Shown: in pieces, positions 24,979-37,820 of the stretch | Layout: each line of letters begins with the position of its first letter | How positions within the stretch are numbered: position 1 is the first letter of the stretch | Source: Selaginella moellendorffii | Lineage: Eukaryota > Plantae > Lycopodiophyta | DNA: 64,000 bases | Direction: 5' to 3' | Assembly: GCF_000143415.4 (NCBI RefSeq) | Contig: NW_003314268.1 | Location: forward strand, 2,682,494 to 2,746,493 | Position numbers and translations under genes: made by a program | Notes under the pieces: model-generated | The model's database searches: none | What the model saw: only the letters and a program-made list of their open reading frames with translations | What the model was told of the DNA's origin: nothing

Positions 24979-25770
24979 TAGGGTGCAGCGTGCAAATCTT
25001 GAAAAACCTAGAAGGCCGCACTTGAACGTTGGAAGGCAACCTTGAATCCTGCTTTTGCAGATTCGACATGAGCACGTAGAGCACCAATTCCATCTCCAAG
25101 AGTTTCTCTGCGGCACGAGCTGCCGCATCGATGTTCTTGCTGCTACCATGAACTTTGCACATGCTGATCAAGCTCTTCCACGTGAGGAAATGCGGCTGGA
25201 AGGGGATCACCAGCAGCAGACCTTTGAGCCCAGCTTGTCCCAGCACATCTGCCATCGCCTGGAAGTGACTCACTTTTGGAGAAATGCTGTACTAGGCCAC
25301 CATATCGAAAGTAGTCGAGTGCCAGGGTGAGGCGAGAAATGAGATAAGTTTCCAGGTGATTCTCCTGACTTGTAATCACGGTGGGAAGCTCCATGCTGCC
25401 AAAAAACTCAGCGGCTTTTCGCTCATGGGCATTCTGTGTGCAGCCAGGGATCATCGCGTTCCACGACACAATGCCTTAATCAGGCAACGTGGATAAGATC
25501 TTCCCGGCCTGCAAGAGATTCCCCCTTTGAGCAGCAATCCAGCTCGCTGTGTCTCTCAGCTCCCGCGCTTGGACGAGGGCAATTGCTCTGGATCTAAGCG
25601 TGTTTCACGCGACGCTATCGTGCTGTGGCATTTGGTCCAACAAGACTCAAGATCCTGTGCAAAGCAATTGCCGCAACCATTGCCGTCTAAGCGACGAGAT
25701 CGCTCTGTGGCATCCATGCAAACATCTTCATGGCTTCTTCGAGGTGGCCGTGGTTGGAGTAGGCCAATAT
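24979..25770 (-). pseudogene. PLS-E PPR pseudogene 3' fragment
   Basis: Reverse complement of 515-1328; SLISMCKVHG..AARAAEKLLEME. Confidence 0.85.
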
Positions 25771-25869
25771 GATATTTTGGTTCCGCATTTGAAATTTTCT
25801 TCTTTTTCTATAATGCTCATAAAATCTCTCCAGCCCTTCAAATGAGGATCATTAAGTTCCACAAAATCG

Positions 25870-27487
25870 CCAAGACTCGGAGACAATGCGACTGGAACCA
25901 GCATCCATACAATGCAGCAAATAACCTGTACTAAATAAAAATTTGGTTAACAAAACTTGTAAAAGCATCCCAGAGCTTTGCAAATACCCCATACTTATGG
26001 AAGCCGCATTTACTACTTTGGATAAAAGCCAAATACAGGTCGGGTATGTAATATTGCTTCTATCTACTCGTTCTTCATCTTCTGGAAGGAGCCTTTGAGC
26101 TCGTTGTATGCGAAAACAAAAGAAAAGACAAGAAACAAAATAAAAGAGGCAAACAAAATTCTTGGCTTGTCTTCTGGAAGGAGACTGCCCCGTTTTCACG
26201 CCCTGCATAAGAGAAACAATCAATAGAACTTTTGCAGAGGAAGATATACTCCACCTCCGGACAATGGACTGGACACTTGCAGCACCCCACGTCCCCAAAG
26301 GCATCCTGGGCAGCGTCACGCCCGAAGACCAGTCGATAGATCTTCTTCATCCTCTCCAGCGAAGCGCCAGCGTACTGACAGACCAGAGTGGCATAGACCT
26401 CGGGTTCTTCGGTGATGACATGTGCAGCCACTCCTCCTGCTTGCTGGATTGAGCTGAGCCGTGGTCGTAGCTCGTCAGTGCAAGCGTCGGGCATGTCAAA
26501 ACCGATTCCCGATGCCGAAGAGAGAGCTGCAATGCTCCTGGGGTCTTGGATGAAGCCGCACCACCACCCAACATCAGGGACGTCCCCGTTCCAGACCGCA
26601 TCCGGGAACATGCCTGCTACTTTCACTCTGAATGACTCCAGTAGCTTCCTCTTGAACAGGGCTTTGAGCGAACTCAAGGTCGACCGCATCGAAGCCTTCT
26701 CCCGGTTTAGTGAAGTGATCTGATCTTTCAAGTCAGCGATCTGCTGCCGCTGCTCCAAGTTCTCCTCTATCAAAGCAGTGATCTGCTCCAGCTGCACCGA
26801 GTTCTCATCTTCCCAAGCAGCGATCTTCACATCCAAAGCAGCAATCTGCTCCCGCTGCACCAAGTTAGATCACTGCTTTGAATGTGAAGATTGCTGCCTT
26901 GGACGTGAAGATCGCTGCTTTGGAAGACGAGTGTTGTCACAGACTTGCTACCACTAGACTCAGCTGCCATCTCTACCGCTGCCTCCTTCATCTTCCCTTT
27001 CTTCTCCTCCTCCACCTGCGCTGCCTGTGCCGCCACCTCTACCGCTGCCTCCCCCTTCATCTTGCCTTTCTTGCACTGCCTGCGCTGCCACTTCCGCGAG
27101 CAACTTAGCCTTCGCATAGTTCTGGAAACGCAGCGCCTGCCGGTATAGCAGTCCAGTGTGATCTTTGCTGTTGGCATTAGGGCAGTACGCAACAAAGCCG
27201 CCCTGTTCTATGAACTTAACGCACGGCCCAGCCTCCCTTACCATGAGGATGAAGGTTTCGCTCCACGCCAACCTCTTCCGAGAGACCTAGGGTGTTGAGC
27301 CACGCGTCCACGTCAGCCACGAAACCATTGTCGTTGCATAGATCGTCCATCTTCGACTCTGGGGCACCGGCCAGTCCTTGCGAAGCTCGTAGTAGAGGAT
27401 GGTCAGAGACACAGGGCTAACCGGTGGATGCGGCGGAGGTGCCGGCGGCTGCGGTCTCTTCTGCTTCTCCTTGTTCTTGTACCCCAT
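25870..27487 (-). pseudogene. Unknown gene with Pro-rich start, Glu/Lys-rich region and coiled-coil heptads; disrupted
   Basis: ORF pieces 27287-27487, 26827-27271 and 26075-26863 (IAALDVKIAAWEDE..ITAL..IADLKDQITSL); in-frame stop, frameshifts and an internal micro-inversion. Confidence 0.55.
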
Positions 27488-27595
27488 CGCCCCCTAATGC
27501 CCTAATCCCGCCGGCTAACCTAGCCTTTCGTAGAAACTTAAATGCCCTAAAAAAGGAAGCGAGCTTGAACTGAAATGTAAGCTTGATCTCTGACT

Positions 27596-29188
27596 ATGAC
27601 GCCACCGCCCCCGCCGCCTCACCGGGAGCCGAGGAGGACGCCGCCGCCCAAACCATCGCCAAAGAGGGCGCCGACAACTTCATCTCCGCCACCAAAGAGG
27701 TCTCCACCGGTGCCAGCCAAGAGGCACAGTCATTCACCACTGGTCAGTGATCAGGATGTGGAGGAGGCGTCTGTGCAAGCGATGGTAGCCGGATACTTTC
27801 TGTGCCACAGAGGGACACCACTCACCGGCAATGCCACCAGCGAGTTCTCCTGAGCATCATGGAGATGGACATCCACCAGCGAGTTCTCCAGAACATCATG
27901 GAGCTGGACATCCACCACCGAGCCCTCCGCCCACAAAGAGACACCATGGACATCGACGAGCTGGTGATGGAGATGTTACAGGGCCACCACCTTTTTCTTC
28001 AGCGCCCAACAAGGCCGACACTGTAACCTGGCGACCAAGGAGGGCCGGGCCGCCATCGCCACCACCTTCGAGCATAACGTGGAACCCAAGGCCGCCATCG
28101 CCACCCTTCGACCATAACAAGGCCCCTTGGCTTGGGCACCTCTCCGCCTACTGCGTCGTCAGCACCATCTTCAGCAGCAGCAGCATTCGTGGCATCACCT
28201 GGTGTGCCCGCGGCAGGCATCCTGCTCGCGCTGGTAGCCATCGTCACTGGAGTCTGAATACTCTTGAAGCGGAGAAGGAACAAGGTGCACGATGACATCT
28301 TGGTGGAGTATGGCCATCAGCCTGGCAGTGGCAACAGCCGCAGCAGCAGCAGCCACCAGGAGCACCTCATTAATGTTCCCCTGACCAAAGTATTGCCTCG
28401 ACCATCTTCGTAGTTGAATGCAGAAAGAAGGCAGCTGCTGATCCCCGAATTCACAAGCTCCTGAGGCCACCAAGGCGACTACGACCGTCTGCTCTTCCCG
28501 CTGGTGCTCGCCACAAGTCTGCATCCGGAAACAAGCTCGCAGTGGATCCACTCTTTCGTGCTGCTCATCCAGTGCGGGAAACGTCATGATGGAGGATCCT
28601 CTCGTCGTCTTTCCTGCGCATGAAGTTGACGACAAGCCAAGGCTGTTCTCAGCCACTCCGGAGGATGATCCACTCTTCTCGACTGGTGGCTACTCTCATC
28701 ATCCAGCAGGCGAGAAAATGGCTGCAAACGAGCTCCCAGTGCGCCTATCATCTCGACGCGACGGGGTTTCAGAGCAGTTTCATGGACGGGAACAAGGACG
28801 AAAGGTGGCGGATCGTTCTGGCACCGTGTTCGATCCTGGAGATGTCGCACCACTGGCAAAGAAGCAGGCTGAGATGGAGAAACAAATGCAGAAGTTCATC
28901 ATGATGGACCCCCGCATCCGGCCTTTTTCCCACAGGTTAGTAGTCTCTGCACTTGAGCTGACAATATGGACTGATGAAGCTGAAACGACCAGGAAGGGCG
29001 ATGTGGAGAACAGCCCCCAGATCATGAGCGACGAGAACCTCGTCTGGAAGTTGACAGCCAATGATCCCAAGCGGGTCAAGAGTGATTTGGAGGTGGAGCC
29101 ATCTGCTCCGGGGCACCCTCCTCTGACATGTGAAAACGCCGACCAGGTACGAGCCTTTCTGTATCCTGGTGAGTTCTTCCACCTCTGA
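27596..29188 (+). pseudogene. PRP-TM copy, frameshifted; C-terminal 200 codons open (28586-29188)
   Basis: Homologous to 8062-9669 throughout. Confidence 0.85.
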
Positions 29189-29529
29189 GAGAGACAGGGA
29201 ACTTGACGAGGTACGTTTCTTGGAAGCCAATTTGGATAGATGCTACTCTTTGATTGCAGGCACTGCAAGAGACAAAACATAAGAACAAGTGAAAAACAAA
29301 TAGAATAAAGAGCGAAAGCTCGTCATTTATCTGGCTTTCTCTTCAGTCCCTTCTATGGGCTTGATTAAGTCACAGGAAGGTCCTGTTGCCTTCCTCGCTT
29401 TTAATCGGGGTACAAAAGTTTAGGAGGAGCCATCGATATAAATTTTTTTTTTTAATTTTTAGAATCTAAACTATAGGTGCTTTGTTATGCTGGAGTTGGT
29501 GATAATATTATTGATTAGACAACACCAGA

Positions 29530-29850
29530 AATCCTACGGCCTCTCAGTTGGTTTTTCTCATGCAACTCAAATCAAATTCCATGGTGGTTTTGGTCGCAGG
29601 CCCCCAGAATGGTTATTTTTGGAGTGGTGTTTGTCATCGACGATGTTCTCCCTCGCATGACTCCCAGATTGTGGGAAGAGCCAAAGGGACGTACATCAGC
29701 GACGATTCCACCAACACCAACATCACAACCGGTTTGTTCTTGACATTCTTGGCTGTGTTCAAGGATGGGACAATGAGCATACGAGTATATATGCTCTCTA
29801 TGACATGATCCTAGGTGGCAGTAGTGCCACCTCACTGATCCAGGTGCAGG
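29530..29850 (+). pseudogene. Dirigent-like protein pseudogene
   Basis: LVFLMQ, FGVVFVIDDVLP, SQIVGRAKGTY, LFLTFLAVFKDGTMSI, ILGGS match dirigent motifs (FG..V.DD, VGRAQG.Y, GG.G) across frameshifts. Confidence 0.75.
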
Positions 29851-29868
29851 CATGTATGACGATATATT

Positions 29869-31700
29869 TTAGCTATCCTTTGAGCCATCCTTGTCTGTTG
29901 TAGCTTTCTCTTTCCTTGGGTGCAGTGTGCTGTCCCAGATCTTGAAAACCGAGCTGTTGCAAGGCAACGCATGAATGTTGGAAGGCAAGATTTCTGTGGA
30001 ATCCTGCTTTTGCAGATTCGACATGAGAACGTACAGCGCCGAGTCCCCTGGTTCCATCTCCAAGAGTTTCTCTGCGGCACGATGCAGCATCGATGTTCTT
30101 GCCGCTACCATGAACTTTGTAAGCGCTAAAACCTAAAACCGCATGCGAGGAAATGCGGCTGGAAGGGCATCACCAGCAGCAGACCTTCGGCCTCGGCAAC
30201 CAGCCCGGCTCGTCCCAGCACATCTGCCATCACCTGGAAGTGAATCACATTTGGAGAAATGCTGTACTTGTTGTGATGTAAAAAGGGATGGACATAACAC
30301 TCATGAGCTCGTTCATTGTGTTCCGACTCTTCTTACATGACTCAAGGGACACGACTCATGACCACGTGGACATGCCACGTCACTGATCGAGACTGACATC
30401 TCGACAGTACTAGGCCACACGGCGATGGAGGGCGAGGCGAGAAACAAGATAAGTTTCCAGGCGATTCTCCTGACTTGCAATCACGGTGGGAAGCTCCATG
30501 CTGCCACAAAACTCAGCGGATTTTCGCTCATGGCCATTCTGTACGCAGCCATGGATCATCGCGATGCTCTGATCAGGCAACGTGGAGAAGATCTTCCCGG
30601 CCTGCAAGAGATTCCCCCTTTGAGCGCTCACGGCAATCCAGCTCGCTGTGTCTCTCAGCTCCTGCGCTTGGACGAGGGCAATTGCTCTGGATGTACGACG
30701 CTATCGTGCTGTGGCATTTGGTCGAACAAGACTCTGGCATCGATCAAGCTCCCGTGCAAAGCAATTGCCGCCACCATTGCCGTCTAAGCGACGAAATCGC
30801 ACTGTGGCATCCGTGCAAACATTTTCATGGCTTCTTCAAGGTGGCCGTGGTTGGAGGAGGCCAAGATCATGTCAGGCCACACCACGTCGTCGTGATAGGG
30901 AGGTCGATCGAAGAGAATGCGAGCTTCTTCGAGCTGGTTTCTCTCGGCCAGTGCTTTGCTCATTGTCGACCACGATGCAACGTTCTTCTGTGGCATGGCA
31001 TCAAACAGCTTCTTGCAGGCTGGACGTTGCCGCTAGCATTGCGTTCCACGAGATTAAGTCGCGGTGTGGCATTTACTGAAAAGCTCCTTGGCTTTTTCAT
31101 TATGCTCAAGCTGGGCATATGCAGTGACAAGAACAGTTGGTTTCGGGGATTCTCATAAACAAAATTAGCGCGTTGTTAACAAGACCTTTTTTTGCATACC
31201 CAGTAACCATAACAGCCCAAGAAACTCTGTTGTGTTCTAGCATTCCATCAAAGATCTGGCTTGCTTGATACATATGCCCGCCAGAAAACTACATTCCATT
31301 CTGGAACCTGATTAAACAATGCTCGGCATTCCTCCAAGTTTCCACGGTTTGCACGAACCGTCATAAAAATCATCCAAGCAACAATATCCCTCTGTGGCAT
31401 CTGATCAAACAGCTCTTTTTCTTTCTCAAGATACCCACTTTGGGCATAAGCGCCAAGCAGCAAGTTCCAGGAGAATCTGTTGGGCTCGTGGATGCTGATA
31501 AACACCTGCCATGCTCGATCCGCCCGCTCGCAACTTCCATAGAGTTGGATGAGAAGATTTGCGAGGTACCTGTTGGATTGGTGGTGGCTGCTCCCAAGGA
31601 TGAGCGCGTGGAGCCTGGCACCTTGACGCAAATCGATGCAAGCTGTGCACGTAGTCGTCCTTGAGCGACGATGCGCGCTGCTCTAGATCGTCCACGGCCT
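29869..31700 (-). pseudogene. PLS-E PPR pseudogene, most complete copy
   Basis: RQGARLHALI..NRYLANLLIQLYGSC..ELFDQMPQRDIVAW through LLEMEPGDSALYVLMSNL; no DYW domain seen. Confidence 0.9.
30269..30406. mobile_element. 138-bp solo-LTR-like insertion
   Basis: TGT...ACA termini; TSD GTACT at 30264-30268 and 30407-30411; empty site GCTGTACTAGGCC at ~25286. Confidence 0.8.
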
Positions 31701-31887
31701 GTTCTAGAGGCTTGAATCGGTACGTCTGCGTGGTAGTGATTCCTATCATCTTACCGGCGTTTTCCTGGAGACTGACAAGATAGAGCTTTGATTTGTCAAT
31801 GCGTTTCCATTATGCATGAGGTTCGACTAAACATTTCACCGACTTTATCCATAATCCGTTAACTTCATATCGATCCTATTTGCGCTT

Positions 31888-32049
31888 TCAAAGAACACGT
31901 TGTAACCAGCGCCGAGGGCATCGGTGGCAACTATCGGACTGGCAGCGTTGGGCAGCAGCCTTTGCGATTCCTCTCACGTCCACTCCCATGGCTAGCATCA
32001 GCAACATGGCGAGAACCGAAAACAACACCAGGCAAGCCTTGTTCTCCAT
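31888..32049 (-). CDS. CRP-B secreted peptide, open 53-aa ORF (below the ORF-track cutoff)
   Basis: MENKACLVLFSVLAMLLMLAMGVDVRGIAKAAAQRCQSDSCHRCPRRWLQRVL*; TATAAATA at ~32115-32122; may be an internally deleted allele. Confidence 0.6.
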   Translation of the reverse strand: MENKACLVLFSVLAMLLMLAMGVDVRGIAKAAAQRCQSDSCHRCPRRWLQRVL

Positions 32050-32611
32050 GAAACAAAGAGTTCAACGAACTCTAGTATATTCGAGAGAAGTGATTTGATC
32101 TGCGAGGCCGCTCGTATTTATAGCTCCTGACGTAATCTAGGCAGCATACAATGCTAGAGTGGCGCCTCTTGGGACGGCATCACTTTGTCCTTTGAAAGGT
32201 AGTCGAGGAAGTCGTTTCCTTTTCTTTTCTATAATGCTGGGACAGAGCGAAATGAAGCTGTGAATCCAGATGAGTAAAGACAGCATTTTAGTTTTTTCAC
32301 AGTTTATATAATATATGCACTCGTGCATCACCATGCGCCACTGCTAAAGATTTCACTGCCACTGAAAAGAACAAAATCCAAATAAATAGTTGGATCTTGA
32401 CGATCTTTAGAAGAGAAGTGTGTGTTTAATTTCATTTTCAATCATGTTTTATATATGTTAGACTTTGTCTTGGGAAAGAGATCAGATTCGTTGAAAAACT
32501 TGTCTCCACTACTGTGTCATATTTCCATCTGGTTGCTTTTCCAAGTTCCATGTCGAGACTAAGATGGCAGAGTGTCCACAACTTTCATTGACAAAAATAT
32601 ATATTGTATTA

Positions 32612-35600
32612 CTAGCAATTGCCTAGCAAATGCTGGGTGGTTGGCAAATTTCATGCTATTTCAAGAGGTTTACTGATCTTAATTATGTTTGCTACTTGAT
32701 CAACTCCACAATTGAAAGGCATTCTCTTGACCAAAAATGTCTTAATGATAAATTAAAGTGCTAGACATTTCAGAAAAACTAAATTGTGGTGGCTGTGGTT
32801 ATTGCTCAGCCCCTGCATCATGCCCCACAAGTTAGTTGTAATCATAAAATAGTAATGGACTTAGTGTACTTGATTGTTGTCTAAACTTCTCAAATCCAGA
32901 TTTCATAAGCCAAATCAGATCAGTATTGAGTTGCATTCCTCAATTCTGAACACAAAAAGGCAGAAGAATGCTTCTAAGTCCATCTTTGGCTTAGTTGTTG
33001 CCACTTGCTCCACAGCCCACCCACAGCTCAAGAGAATCCTCCTGGGATGAGCTGAATGGAGTGAAAAAAATTATTTCTTTGTTTACAGGATATTCAGATC
33101 GTCGAGGATGAAGAAAAGAAGCAATATGACCTTGATAGCACATTACCATAACTAAAATGGCACACCACTTAATGCACACCAGTCAATGCTAACTTTCCTG
33201 TGCCATGAATTTGAAACTTGCAATTGCAAGTCAAGGGTGGCTGAGTAGATAGCTCTGTAGAATTATAATTGGATTTGGAATTATGCCATGTAATTATAAG
33301 AATCTCACCATAAATTGTATTCAGAGTGTGAAAGTGTTGATCATGTGGTATAAGATTGCCTTAAAAGGGGCTTACGAGCACTTGAACACAAAGTTGTTCA
33401 TGTAATCTACATATTGAGAGAGCAACATAAAGTTGACTATGTATGAAAACAGATTAAGGGAGAAAAAGGCCAACATGGTCAAAAGTTTGGCCTTTGGCTT
33501 TAGAAATAGTTGAGCAATAACCTAGATGAATATTGCTAAGAAATGACAATGAAGCAGACCTCTTTCTAGAATTCAATAACATAAACATATGTAATGCATT
33601 TCCTAAAAATTCATTTGATTCATTTTAAGAATTCTTTAAGTTTTAAGTTGAAAACTCTTGAAATAAGATTAGGTCAATCCTTAGATGATTTATTTGGCTA
33701 TAAATTTTGCACAATTTTAGGTCACTTTAAGTTATAAATGTAATGAATAAGTTCAAGAATGTGTGACAATAGCAATAGCATCTTGATAATATTGTTGCAT
33801 TGCTCGTGGGATATCAAAAAATGTAAAAAGAAAAATTATAATTTTTCAAGATTCAACATTATTAGTAGCAGCTCTATTGCTAACATAATCCATAAGTAAT
33901 CCACTTTTAAGTGTTTTTTATGAGTGTGAAAGAAATAAAGGTTGTTAGACTCAACCTTTAAATTATTGAATGAACTTCCCAGTATGTAGTAAATGATCAT
34001 AAAGGAAAAAATTGTTAATGTTATCTCATTGAGATAATTAATATATGTAATACTAAAGTAGTATGTACAACTTATTATGGTAGATTGTTTTATGCCAACC
34101 TTTATCACTAAATAGTAAAAGTAAAGGATAAACTATACATCACAAATTTCATTAAGAATAGAAATATTTTTTTGCTATGAGTTATATGGATGTATGCATA
34201 TTTCTTTGTCAAGATATAGCTCATTCTCATCAATAGCAAAAAAACAGCAACAACATCATTAGTCCATGGCAAGTTATAACAATGTAGATTAGTACTTTCA
34301 CTTTAAACAACCATGTAAACACCATATTTTAGAGTTCCATTGCTAATTGAATGATGTTGTTCTTGTGATTCAATATCATACATCATTTGAAAAGCTTGTG
34401 CATATGGGTTTATTGTTATTAGCAGGTGATTTAATTGTAATAACAAATTAGGATCACAATTTGTATTGAATGGGTTTTGCTTTTCAATATTTATAGTCTT
34501 AGATGCATCAAACATGTAAAGTTATCTATATAATGGGAGCATTTTAGCAGTAGGATATGCTGAAGCAATATTGTAATAAATTTGACCATGTATTCTAAAG
34601 AAATATGGGCATTTCCCACTTAAATTATCAACATTAGTACCCCCTGATACAAAAATCAAATCACTATTGAAATTTTTATATTAATTTTGAAGTTGAAGTT
34701 TTTATTTCATTAAAAATCATATGCAATACAGTAGGTAAAGATGAAAGTTGGGGAAGGGAAATCTTTCCATTTTGGCAACACATTAATCTTGACTTATTTT
34801 CAAAATATAGTGCACTGTAAAAAACACATATGAATGACATATTTCAAATATTAAACATCATTGTAACTTTTTTAATGTGCTAATTCATAAATGGTATAAT
34901 TGTGATGATTACATGCATTGTTATTAGTCTTATTAGCATTTTCAAAGTCTATATTTTTATGAGCTTCATCAGCATGTGCTATATTTATATTAACATCATT
35001 AAGATTTGAAGTAATTTTTGCATTAGTATGTTCAAGGTCTAAATTAGTTTATTAATTATCATATTTAAGGTTGTTATGAGTATGAATATGTGTGCTAGTG
35101 TCAATAGTTGGAGGCAACTATTAACATATACCTCTTAATACTTCACAAAGTCAATGCATACTTTGCTAAGGAGGAAGTTGGTGTTTGATAAATGAAACTA
35201 TCTAGTCAAATTTAAATTTATTGAGGCATGAATTTAAAAGAAGATCAAAGCATTTATCTCAAATTTTTCAAAGATTCTAAGTAAAAGCTAGAACTCACAT
35301 TCTCACACTGAAAAAAATACAGAAAAAAGAAATTGAAGACTATTTTAGTAGCGTAGGAGCACAATCTGTACGAGCTGTAAAAAAAAGGGAAGTTGCACCA
35401 ATGCTAATTTAGCAACCAACAAACCTAGATAGAGGATTAGCACACCTTTTCCAAGCTGTGGTGAGCACTCAAAAAGCCTCCCATGCTTTCCATTATGTCT
35501 TGACCACCACCACCACTGCTGAAGCGCAAATAAGCCTGGTTTGCTGATCAATAACTTGAGACGATCGCACTTGTCGGGCAGGAAGATCTGGCTCTCGAGT

Positions 35601-36132
35601 TTTTGAACATGACAGAGGATGAAGGAGGTGGCTGTGTAGTAGACAATGCAAGCTACACTGCTGCTTCAAGGCTTGCTCAGGCCTGGCAGCCTAAGACGAA
35701 GGCAAGGAGCTCGATGGGAAGCTTGTTAAAGTTTTTGAGAATACAATGACGCTTGGGCTGTGAGAGGTGGATGGGGTTTGCAAGCTATGGTTTCAAAAAC
35801 TCACCTTGAGCTTGTTCTCTTTCATGGAAAAACAAGGACTTCAGCCGCGTTAATGGCTTCCACAAACCCAAATGAACATGTCTCAAATGTCCACAGCACA
35901 GGGCCAAATCAACGGCTGTCGCCCAGACGCTAAACGGGCACAATTGCTTTGGGGGCAAGACACACTGCTGACACGTGTCAAATGCCTTTATTGCCTAACT
36001 CAAGCCAATGAGCACTGGTGATCTCCAAGAATAACATCACGAAAATTTTGCGTGTGACCATGCAAACCGAGCCTACCTCGGCCTGGGATCCAACGGCCAG
36101 CAAGCATCCCCCTATATATATATATATATAGA
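32612..36132 (-). mobile_element. Non-autonomous Helitron with both termini
   Basis: Minus strand: 5' TC after A, 3' hairpin CCCAGCATTTGCTAGG then CTAG before T, no TSD; empty site TATTATATAATATA at ~43317; remnants CCQNGKISLP, PYFFRIHGQIYY, LLITINPYAQAF. Confidence 0.9.
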
Positions 36133-36419
36133 TATAATATAATTTTCAGTCCAGATAGATTGGCTTTTTCTCTTTTTTATTTGTCATGTTCTAAATTATC
36201 CTGTCATTCTGGTTCAAGACTGACTATATGAAGTCCCTATATATTAAAAGTCCATACATTGCAAACGTTACACTGCAACAACAACTCCCCAGAAAGCGCA
36301 CCATATTTATCTCAGGCCCAGGGCATCAAACACGTAAAGACTCCAAAACATCTTCGTTCACTCTTATTCTACATATATCTCATCCAGGCTGTCAACCCAA
36401 CTTTTCATGATTCACGATT

Positions 36420-36614
36420 CGCTTCCGCACCCTCGATGGCAGCTGTTGTCATACCCGTACCAATTGCATTGCACGCAGCGAAATCCGTTCCAGTAGGTAA
36501 TCCTCCACGGCACCGCTGCGCCATCGCCTTGGTGATCCCCCCGACCTCCATCCCCACCGCTAGGTGTGCCTGGGCCTGGTTTTGATGCTCCAATCGAGTC
36601 TTATTGCTTGCCAA
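36420..36614 (-). pseudogene. CRP-C degenerate copy
   Basis: LAVGMEVGGITKAMAQRCRGG, then frameshifted WNGFRCVQCNWYGYDNSCHRG. Confidence 0.65.
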
Positions 36615-36873
36615 TCATTGGAGCAATCGAATGGAAGTAGAGGGATTTGGAGGAAGGAGAAAGGACAGATTCAGACATTTTATATCAAGGCTTGGACAAT
36701 TTAAATTTTATTGCTGGAACTCAAGCAATACCATGCAACATCGCACGATACAGAAAACATGTTATCATTGTCTTTATTCTTGTTTCCAGACCCTTGGCAC
36801 TGCAGGATGATAAAATCAAAGGCAATTATGATGCTGATTCTTAACTTGGGCTTACCCCGTGAAACGAGGGGAT

Positions 36874-37071
36874 TCAGTTGCGCGAGCAGCGATTGTTGCG
36901 CCAGCTCCAACCCTTCTGGCAACGGTGGCAACTGTTGTCATACCAATACCACCCCGACTGGCAGCGCTGGGCAGCAGCCTTTGTGAGTCCTCCCACGTCC
37001 ACGCCCATGGCCAGCATCATCACAAATATTGCGAGCGCCAAAAACAACACGAAGAAAGCCTTGTTCTCCAT
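36874..37071 (-). CDS. Secreted Trp/Cys-rich peptide CRP-A (65 aa)
   Basis: Signal peptide plus QRCQSGWYWYDNSCHRCQKGWSWRNNRCSRN; TATA at 37144-37151. Confidence 0.85.
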   Translation of the reverse strand: MENKAFFVLFLALAIFVMMLAMGVDVGGLTKAAAQRCQSGWYWYDNSCHRCQKGWSWRNNRCSRN

Positions 37072-37820
37072 GATTTGCTGCTAGAGAAGTAGGCTTGTTA
37101 TATTAGAGAGAAGTGGTTTGATTTGTGAGGTGGGAGGGGCTTGTATTTATAGCTCGAGCCAGCACACAATGCTAGAGAGTTGTTGTGGGACGGCATTGCT
37201 TAGTCGTTATCTATTTTGGTTTTGTGTTTGAATTTTTTTTCTCTTTCTATAATACTCATAAATCTCTCCAACCCTTCAAATGAGAATCATTCGTTGCTAA
37301 AACTTCACAAGTTCGTACTACAAACTTGCAGATAGAGAAAGCCATGGAGTTTAGCTCGAAAAGATGAAAACAATCCTAAGTAGTGTTTGAAAGCAACACA
37401 TGTTCTTGTAAGACACACCACTTTGCATTAGCCGCGTGTGTGCAATATCATCAGTTAAATATGGGACGGTTCAGATCATGTTAGATCGACGGCTTTGATT
37501 TAGTTAATACGAGATTTTACACCGTGGGCGGCTCAGATTGTATATAAATAAACGGTCCAGAATGTTTTAAATGCACGGTCTAGATTGTACATGAATGACT
37601 GTCCAATAGACGGCCCAGATTTCAAGTTCTCAGATCTTATAGATTTTAAGAATATACTATTCTTCTATTTGTATGAAAAGGATTTCGTTTACCGTACTTA
37701 GCTTTCAGACACTTTAATGCCCTAAAAAAGGGGAAGTAAACAAGCAAACTTGAGCACGATGGTAAGCAAGCAAGCTTGAGCTGAAATACGGCGACTTTTT
37801 CGTAAGCTTGATCTCTGACT

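Noticed and set aside
29869-31700. Functional PPR editing factor or DYW deaminase
   Set aside because: Every PPR copy has several frameshifts or stops, and no HxE..CxxC/DYW motif was seen
36113-36130. (TA)n microsatellite as an independent feature
   Set aside because: Part of the Helitron 5' end (TCTATATA...)
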